From: Gammaproteobacteria bacterium
GTDB taxonomy: Bacteria; Pseudomonadota; Gammaproteobacteria; CAJXQU01
NCBI GenBank assembly: GCA_965238175.1
Contig: CBDEGZ010000003.1
Coordinates: 1,600,001 to 1,664,000, forward strand
Direction of reading: 5' to 3'
DNA length: 64,000 nucleotides
The notes below the pieces were generated by a model, which ran no database searches, was not told the origin of the DNA, and saw only the letters and a program-made list of their open reading frames with translations. A program made the translations under genes and the position numbers. This document shows, piece by piece, positions 50,469-57,583 of this stretch; within the stretch, counting starts at the first letter, position 1; each line of letters opens with the position of its first letter.

Positions 50469-51243
50469 AAAATATTCTGTAATATTGTTATTAACTCTAT
50501 TTATTTTTAATGTTTCAGCAGAAACGCCCGAAGAAAAAGGCTTGGCTATCGCGCAAGAAGTGGATAAACGAGATACAGGCTGGTCTGATATTACTAGTGA
50601 TCTTCATATGATTCTGAGAAATGCACAGGGTGAGGAGAGTGTACGAGAAATTAGGTTGAAAACATTGGAAGTAGTTGGCGATGGTGATAAAGGTTTGACT
50701 ATTTTTGATTCACCAAAAGATGTTAAAGGTACGGCTTTTTTAAGCTTTACCCATTCTGTTAAAGCAGATGATCAATGGTTATATTTGCCTGCACTGAAAC
50801 GTGTTAAACGAATTTCTTCATCAAATAAATCGGGGCCTTTTATGGGCAGTGAATTTTCCTTTGAGGATCTAAGTTCTTTTGAGGTGGATAAATATAAATA
50901 TAAATATTTGCGCGATGAACCTTTTAATGGAAGAGAAGCATTTGTTGTAGAAAATTATCCACAATACAAACATTCTGGATATAAGAAACTGATCGTTTGG
51001 ATAGACAAAGAAATCTATATGCCATTGAAGTTTGAATTTTATGATCGTAAAAATTCCTTATTGAAAACGCTTACATTTAGCGATTACAAACAATATCTTG
51101 ATCAATATTGGAGACCTAACAGTCAAAATATGATTAATCATCAAAGTAAAAAAAGTACTTTGTTGAGGTGGAGTAATTACAAATTCAAAGTAGGTCTTTC
51201 TAGTCGTGATTTTGATAAAAATTCGTTAAAACGCGCCAGGTGA
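50461..51243 (+). CDS. Outer membrane lipoprotein-sorting (LolA-like) protein
   Basis: PKDVKGTAFL, DDQWLYLPALKRVKRI and FMGSEFSFED. Confidence 0.88.
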   Translation: MYKKYSVILLLTLFIFNVSAETPEEKGLAIAQEVDKRDTGWSDITSDLHMILRNAQGEESVREIRLKTLEVVGDGDKGLTIFDSPKDVKGTAFLSFTHSVKADDQWLYLPALKRVKRISSSNKSGPFMGSEFSFEDLSSFEVDKYKYKYLRDEPFNGREAFVVENYPQYKHSGYKKLIVWIDKEIYMPLKFEFYDRKNSLLKTLTFSDYKQYLDQYWRPNSQNMINHQSKKSTLLRWSNYKFKVGLSSRDFDKNSLKRAR

Positions 51244-51283
51244 ATGATAAATATAAATCAGATCAAAATTATTTATAAAGATC

Positions 51284-52483
51284 ATGCACAAAAAATCACT
51301 AGCAATATTATTTGTATTATTACCATTGCTCTCATACGCCGGTGAATGGTCTGGTTATATAGGTACTGAAGCAAGATTGTTTCCACACTCGGCATTGAAT
51401 TCAGAGCAGGATCATTCTAATAATTGGTCTGTTGTTGCGGAACCAGAATACTACAGTGAGTGGGACGATGGATGGCAGAGTTTTACAGTTGTACCATTTT
51501 TAAGGATAGATCAACACGATAGTGAACGAACACATTTTGATATACGAGAGCTTACCTGGTTAAAGGCCGCTGATAATTGGGAACTACGTGTTGGGTTAAG
51601 ACAAGTGTTCTGGGGTGTCGCAGAATCTAATCACTTAGTCGACATAATTAATCAAACCGATCTGATCGAAAATATTGATACAGAAGATAAGCTTGGACAA
51701 ATGATGATCAATTTTGCCCTGATCAAAAATTGGGGAACAGTCGATTTTTTTATAATGCCGGGATTTCGTGAACGTACATTTCCCGGAATTGAAGGACGGC
51801 TAAGGACTCAACCTCGTGTTGATACTGATCATCCAGTTTACGAATCCTCTGCCGAAAATAAGCATATCGATTTTGCTATACGTTGGTCGCACGTCATTGG
51901 TGATTTTGACATTGGGCTGTCACATTTTTATGGGACTAGCCGAGATCCACGATTTGTATCTGGAACTAATAGGGCAGAACCAGTTCTAATTCCACACTAT
52001 GATGTTATTAATCAAACCAGTCTTGATTTACAAGCGACTAGAGAAGATTGGTTGTGGAAGCTGGAAATAATTTATCGTTCTGGTCAAGAGGATGCAACAG
52101 GCGACGATGATTATTTTGCACTAGTAGGTGGATATGAATATACCTTCATAGGTGTTTTTGAATCTATTATAGATGTCGGTATTGTTTCTGAGTATTTATT
52201 TGATGACCGAAATGACGATGCTCTAACCCCCTTTGAAGACGATATCATGATTGGTGTTCGTCTGGCATTAAACGATGTGCAGAGTAGTGATCTGTTATTC
52301 GGCATCATTTTTGATCGAGATAGCAGTGCGAAGTTTTTTAGTTTGGAAGCGGGTCGTCGTCTAGGTGATAGTTGGAAATTAGAAGTCGAAACACGGTTCT
52401 TCAGTGATATACCTAAAGACGATTTACAGTATATCTTTCGTAATGACGATTATTTTCAATTTTCACTCTCACGTTATTTCTGA
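51284..52483 (+). CDS. Outer membrane beta-barrel protein
   Basis: Signal peptide, alternating aromatic strands, WGVAES..LVDIINQ, C-terminal Phe (SRYF). Confidence 0.75.
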   Translation: MHKKSLAILFVLLPLLSYAGEWSGYIGTEARLFPHSALNSEQDHSNNWSVVAEPEYYSEWDDGWQSFTVVPFLRIDQHDSERTHFDIRELTWLKAADNWELRVGLRQVFWGVAESNHLVDIINQTDLIENIDTEDKLGQMMINFALIKNWGTVDFFIMPGFRERTFPGIEGRLRTQPRVDTDHPVYESSAENKHIDFAIRWSHVIGDFDIGLSHFYGTSRDPRFVSGTNRAEPVLIPHYDVINQTSLDLQATREDWLWKLEIIYRSGQEDATGDDDYFALVGGYEYTFIGVFESIIDVGIVSEYLFDDRNDDALTPFEDDIMIGVRLALNDVQSSDLLFGIIFDRDSSAKFFSLEAGRRLGDSWKLEVETRFFSDIPKDDLQYIFRNDDYFQFSLSRYF

Positions 52484-52569
52484 GATTTAAAAGTATTTCA
52501 ATTACTTAATATTTCCTTAAGGATAGATCTTCAAAATGTCTAGCGTACAGAACATCGGAGTTCGTAGGC

Positions 52570-53016
52570 GTGCTAGAAAAACAATTAGTAGAAGCGTTAA
52601 AAGTAGTTCATAAATCGCTATTTAAAAATAAGCAATCTGATCTATTTGATCTACAACTGTTAGATCAATATACAGGTGAAAGACAGGCTGCAGAAAAGTT
52701 CATCAGAGATATTTTTCTTAATACCTATTCTGCAAATATACAACATTTTTATCCTTTTTTATTATCTATTAAACGTAAAAATGACCAGTTTGCTGCTATC
52801 GCAGGTATTCGTCCAGCTTGTTTAGAAAACTTATTTTCAGAAAATTATCTCGACAAGTCTATTGAAGAGGTTTTACAAATACCACGAGAAAAAATAATCG
52901 AGATAGGTAACTTGGCACCGGCAGATGCAGGGCAAGCACGTTGGTTAATCACTACTTTAAGTGCATTTATGAATGCTGCTGGTTTTACTCATGTGGTAGA
53001 ACTAAATAGAAGCTAA
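52570..53016 (+). pseudogene. Thermostable-hemolysin-family protein, C-terminally truncated
   Basis: FIRDIF..YSANI..FYP, LFSENYLD and REKIIEIGNLA. Ends at GFTHVV and runs into the convergent arsC. Confidence 0.7.
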
Positions 53017-53478
53017 TGCTTTTGTGAATTCTTGATCAGATAACGTTGAAAGAGGTAGATCTAGCATCTTTTTAATTTTTTTCTCCAGTTGAAAATAGGT
53101 ATATTCAAAAGCATTTTCAACTTCTTGTTGTGATCCGGAAATATTTGCGGGATCAGGAAGTCCCCAATGTAGTTTTATCGCAGATTTTAAATAGACAGGG
53201 CAAACCTCGCTAGCAGCATTATCACAAACGGTTATAACAACATCTATTTTTTGGTCAACAAAATCATCCCATGAGTTACTTGTATAACCATTGGTGTTAA
53301 TACCGTGGTTTTTCAGGGTCAATAGTGCATTTTTATTAACAGTGCCTGTTGGATGGCTACCTGCTGAGAATGCCCTGACTTTTTCTGGGTTTATATCAGT
53401 ATTTAAATGGTTGAATAATGCTTCTCCAATAATACTCCGACAGGAATTTCCTGTGCATAGAACCAATACGTTAATCAT
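53002..53478 (-). CDS. arsC: Arsenate reductase, LMW-PTP family
   Basis: LCTGNSCRS, SAGSHP, ITVCDNAASEVCP and HWGLPDPA. Confidence 0.9.
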   Translation of the reverse strand: MINVLVLCTGNSCRSIIGEALFNHLNTDINPEKVRAFSAGSHPTGTVNKNALLTLKNHGINTNGYTSNSWDDFVDQKIDVVITVCDNAASEVCPVYLKSAIKLHWGLPDPANISGSQQEVENAFEYTYFQLEKKIKKMLDLPLSTLSDQEFTKALASI

Positions 53479-54220
53479 TATTTTGGTTTGTTATCTGATC
53501 TTTCGGCTCACCTTCAATCGTTTTTATTCCAGTTATCATTGCAGAGATTAATCCACTTTTTTCTTTTAGCTCCGAGAAAATAATTCCAATGACGTGGATT
53601 AGGACTAAAGCGACTAGAACAAAAAATAGGTAGTAATGTATTGTTATGATCGGTTTGCGAAAATCGCGCATTTCCTTATAGGCGGTTTCAACCACATGGG
53701 TTTTATCTCCCGGCTTTAAAGCGTCTAGATGTTTGCTATTTCCTTCAGTCACCCACTCAGCAAAATAGTCACCAAAGGGTGGGAGATAAAGATCTGTTCC
53801 CGCAATAATTAATCCGGTGCTTGCTTGAATGCTTAGCAACAGAAAAAATAGTCCGATGATCAATTTTGCAACTGGGTTATGTCCCATATATTGCTGGGGT
53901 TTTTCAGAATATATAGACGTCGAATATTCTTTAAAATCAGTTAGGTAGTTTTTCCCAAATGGCAGAATTTGTCTCCAGCGAGAGAAATGACTTCCAATAA
54001 ATGCCCAAATTAACCGCCAGATCAAATTAATCACAAAAATATAGCCAATATAGGCATGAATAGTTTTGAGTAGCACTTTTGCATCGCCGGTTATTCCTAA
54101 TGTCTTTGCATTAAGAATAACGGTGCCAATCAGCATTAGTAGAATAACAGTTATTGCATTTATCCAATGAAATATCCGTGTGGTTTTATCCCAAATCTTG
54201 TAACGTTTTAGTTCTGACAT
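53471..54220 (-). CDS. Cytochrome b/b6-domain protein (Ni-hydrogenase cytochrome b family)
   Basis: WDKTTRIFHW, H..IGY, GHNP, H...HVIG and SAMITG. Confidence 0.85.
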   Translation of the reverse strand: MSELKRYKIWDKTTRIFHWINAITVILLMLIGTVILNAKTLGITGDAKVLLKTIHAYIGYIFVINLIWRLIWAFIGSHFSRWRQILPFGKNYLTDFKEYSTSIYSEKPQQYMGHNPVAKLIIGLFFLLLSIQASTGLIIAGTDLYLPPFGDYFAEWVTEGNSKHLDALKPGDKTHVVETAYKEMRDFRKPIITIHYYLFFVLVALVLIHVIGIIFSELKEKSGLISAMITGIKTIEGEPKDQITNQNND

Positions 54221-54364
54221 TTCGGAATACCCATAATGAAGATGAAATACTTATTGATTATAACGAAAATATTTTAAATCTTTATTAAATATTTATTGGA
54301 TTTTTGCCGATACTGAAGATATCAGCTTACAGAAGTGGTATGGGTTTACAGGCCCGAATGTAAT

Positions 54365-55066
54365 ATGGAAATTAATCACGCGTCACATGGAGTATCATCT
54401 CTACACTCAGCAAGTCACTTGCAAAGCTCTGGGACGAATAATGGATCCAGTAGCTCGGCCGCTAACAATGAAAATTCTTTGGATGAAAAAGAGAAACAAC
54501 AGGTTCAGAAATTAAAGGAGCGTGATCGAGAGGTTCGTGCTCACGAACAGGCGCATAAAACAGCTGCCGGTGGACTTGCTGGGGCGATCACCTACCAATA
54601 CCAAACAGGCCCTGACGGTAAGCAATATGTTACTGATGGTGAGGTTGAAATTGATACGGCTCCAGTCAAGGGTGATCCGGAAGCGACAATAAGAAAAGCA
54701 AAACAGATCCAAAAGGCAGCTACAGCTCCTGTTGAACCTTCTGCGCAAGATAGGCAAGTTGCTGCTCAGGCATTTGCTCTGGAACAGCAGGCACAAGCGG
54801 AAAAACGCGAGAAGAAAGTTGAAGAAGATGATAAAGGTGGTGGCATATTATCTGTTGAAAAGGGAAATAGTGATAAACCCACAGATTCTTTAAAGGATCC
54901 ACAGAGCAATAATGAATCCGAAGATGGAAAAATCATCTGTGCAATTTGTGGCGGTACTCATACTGGAGAAACACATACAGAGGTAAACAAAGAAAGACTT
55001 AATAAAGTCTTTGAAATAGCAAAAGTAGAAACTGCTTTGGTATTCACCATAAGTCAACTAGCCTAG
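54365..55066 (+). CDS. SprA-related family protein
   Basis: LKERDREVRAHEQAH, YQTGPDGKQY..GEV.ID and APVEPSAQDRQVA. Confidence 0.85.
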   Translation: MEINHASHGVSSLHSASHLQSSGTNNGSSSSAANNENSLDEKEKQQVQKLKERDREVRAHEQAHKTAAGGLAGAITYQYQTGPDGKQYVTDGEVEIDTAPVKGDPEATIRKAKQIQKAATAPVEPSAQDRQVAAQAFALEQQAQAEKREKKVEEDDKGGGILSVEKGNSDKPTDSLKDPQSNNESEDGKIICAICGGTHTGETHTEVNKERLNKVFEIAKVETALVFTISQLA

Positions 55067-55135
55067 CACGAACCCCGAAGATTGAATATTTATACTTATT
55101 TTAATATCACATTATTACTCTTGATTCGTTAACTG

Positions 55136-56440
55136 TTAAAATTTAAATTGCAGATAAGCCCAGAACTTGCTGACATCAGCGGCGGTATTAGCTGAATTAA
55201 AGTTATTCTGATCGGTATTGTAATCTGAATATTTTAGTCCGACTGTGTAATGTTTCTTGAATGTTTTCGTCACAAGAAGATCCAATTCTGTTCCATAGTC
55301 ATAATTATCCCTATCCGAACTTAAAGCATGATATGAAGCAATAAATTTAGTACCGAACATCTTCATCGCTGCCGTAAAATATATGTCCTCAATACCGTCG
55401 CCCGGTGTGATCAAAAAGCGATCTGCCCAGCCTTGGAACGCATGATTAGTCCCAAGGATAGTAACAAAGCGGTCTGCGCCACCGTTACCGTCCAATAATT
55501 CATAACTAAATTTTAGCGTTAAAGACTTAACGAAACTATCCAATTGAAAGTTGACGCCTAATTCGCCAAGAAAATAGCCTGCGCTGATCTGATTAGTATT
55601 ATCAGCTGTGTCCGATTGGTGTGCATATTCGGCGGCATAGATCATCTTTGTATTGTTATTTAGAGGGAGATCGCCATTGGCCCGTAAGCCATATGTGTTG
55701 GTAGAAAATTGTGCGGCATTATCAAAATCTAGTAAGTAGGCGTATGCCTCGATTTCTGCAGCTTTTAAGCCTTCATATTTTATATTGACTATGTGTGAAT
55801 TGCTTTCGAAATCATCAAATGGATCAGGTGCATCTTCTCCGAAAATACGATTGATATTCCAGACATAGGCATAACTAAATGTTATGTCTGCCAGTGATTG
55901 ATTAACAATGCTGACAGCATCAAACGTTTGCCAATTTTGGCGCCATAAAATCGTTCCAATGAATCGATGGAAGGGTGCCTCTCGGTAGGTGATTTGTTGT
56001 CGTCCGATTTTGATTGAGGTGTTGCTTAGGAAATTGTCTTTCCCTGCATAAGACAAATAAGCCTGATTGATTTCTGTTCCCTCTGGATCAGCAACGACTG
56101 GAAAGCCTGGTTGTATCCTTCCTGGATATGAAAAATCATCACCAAAAAATTCCTGAACATGTTCTAGCTGCCCATAAAAACCAAAACCATGAAAACTACC
56201 TGTTTTGTAACCTAGTGCTATTCGAGCGGTGTGTGCATTAGCTTCACGCTGTTGAGTGTCATCATCAACATTTTCATAACGAAACCTGATATTGAGATCA
56301 ACTTTACCACTTTTCATATGATCCCAGAAAACATTCTTGGCATGTGCAGAAGGAAGACTTAGAGCAAAGATATTAATCAATAAATAAAAAGATAATTTAT
56401 TGCATGAAAAATGTGTTCGTTTTTTTAAAACTGGTTCCAC
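55136..56440 (-). CDS. Alginate-export-family outer membrane porin
   Basis: Signal peptide, RFRYENVD, VADPEGTEINQAY, WRQNWQTFDA, GTNHAFQGWAD, C-terminal Phe. Confidence 0.85.
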   Translation of the reverse strand: MEPVLKKRTHFSCNKLSFYLLINIFALSLPSAHAKNVFWDHMKSGKVDLNIRFRYENVDDDTQQREANAHTARIALGYKTGSFHGFGFYGQLEHVQEFFGDDFSYPGRIQPGFPVVADPEGTEINQAYLSYAGKDNFLSNTSIKIGRQQITYREAPFHRFIGTILWRQNWQTFDAVSIVNQSLADITFSYAYVWNINRIFGEDAPDPFDDFESNSHIVNIKYEGLKAAEIEAYAYLLDFDNAAQFSTNTYGLRANGDLPLNNNTKMIYAAEYAHQSDTADNTNQISAGYFLGELGVNFQLDSFVKSLTLKFSYELLDGNGGADRFVTILGTNHAFQGWADRFLITPGDGIEDIYFTAAMKMFGTKFIASYHALSSDRDNYDYGTELDLLVTKTFKKHYTVGLKYSDYNTDQNNFNSANTAADVSKFWAYLQFKF

Positions 56441-56500
56441 AATAATTGCTCCAGATTATTCTTCCGCAAGGGAAGATTATGTTAATTTTTAATACTGAAA

Positions 56501-56514
56501 TTGATCTATGTCAA
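56501..56514. promoter_or_regulatory. FNR/DNR-type box in the divergent promoter
   Basis: TTGAT-CTAT-GTCAA (9/10 match to TTGAT-N4-ATCAA). Its centre is 29.5 bp before a TAGTTT -10 (56537-42), i.e. class II spacing. Confidence 0.75.
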
Positions 56515-56588
56515 ATTGTTGTACCACGGTCAGTGTTAGTTTGTAGCTGTCAGGTTCGTCCAGAAGTATTTTTGAAGAGGGATAAATA

Positions 56589-57563
56589 ATGCTCGATGAA
56601 AAATTAGTATTTCATGCTTCATTTGTAACACTGTCACTTACTATGTTTTTGATCTTTTTTCCTTTTCAAGTAATTGCCGAAGGTGATGCAATAGAAGGAA
56701 AAAAACAAGCCACGATTTGTGTTACTTGTCATGGCGCAAACGGGATTAGTAGCCAGGAAATCTGGCCAAATTTGGCCGGACAGAAATATAATTATCTGGT
56801 AAAGCAGCTTAAGGCCTTTCGTGATGGGAACCGTAAAGAACCCAGTATGGAAATGATGGTGGGATCGCTGTCTGATAGAGAAATTGAAAATATCGCCAGC
56901 TTCTTCAGTAGTATTCAACTAACAGCGAATGTAGATGAGGGGCTTCTGGCCAGCAAGACTGCTCAGCCAATCGTAGCTCAAGATGTTAGCCCGGATGTAA
57001 ACACAGGATCGGAACTCTATACTCAAAATTGTGTATTTTGCCACCAGGCTGATGCCATTGGGAAACCAGGAACAGCTCCCTCCCTAACCAATAAAGAATT
57101 ACTGAGCAGTGCCTCTGACGCTTTCTTTTTCGACACTATCCGTGATGGCAGACCGGGCACGGGTATGCCACCTTTTGCACATCTTGGTGAAGATAAGATA
57201 AAAGCGATTATAGCTTTTTTGCGTGATCACACTGATCAAGCAAACTTGGCAGCAGAGATTGATGCCCAGCCTGCAGCGAAAGGTGATCCTGCTCATGGAG
57301 AACAATTATTTGAACTGATCTGCTCCACCTGCCATGGCGAAAGGGGTGACGGCTATGCTTCAGGAGGAACTGGCACCGCTATCGGCAAGCTGGGATTTCT
57401 GAGTAAAGTTTCAGATGGCTTTATTCGCACTACCGTGAAACAAGGCCGTTCCAATACCCGAATGCTTGGTTTTCAGGGTCCTGAAGGTTTGGCCAACCTG
57501 AATGATCAGGATATAGACGATCTTATCGTTTATTTACGTAATTTACCCAATGATCTCAAGTGA
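56589..57563 (+). CDS. Trihaem c-type cytochrome (c4/c553-like domain plus two class I domains)
   Basis: CVTCH, CVFCH and CSTCH; WPNLAGQ; distal Met candidates in SMEMM, GMPPF and RMLGF. Confidence 0.9.
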   Translation: MLDEKLVFHASFVTLSLTMFLIFFPFQVIAEGDAIEGKKQATICVTCHGANGISSQEIWPNLAGQKYNYLVKQLKAFRDGNRKEPSMEMMVGSLSDREIENIASFFSSIQLTANVDEGLLASKTAQPIVAQDVSPDVNTGSELYTQNCVFCHQADAIGKPGTAPSLTNKELLSSASDAFFFDTIRDGRPGTGMPPFAHLGEDKIKAIIAFLRDHTDQANLAAEIDAQPAAKGDPAHGEQLFELICSTCHGERGDGYASGGTGTAIGKLGFLSKVSDGFIRTTVKQGRSNTRMLGFQGPEGLANLNDQDIDDLIVYLRNLPNDLK

Positions 57564-57583
57564 CGCTTTAGAGGAATAATAAA

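Noticed and set aside
52570-53016. Exosortase-associated acyltransferase or a true hemolysin toxin
   Set aside because: The motifs fit the thermostable-hemolysin family, whose name is not evidence of toxicity here. The gene is truncated and not adjacent to the exosortase locus.
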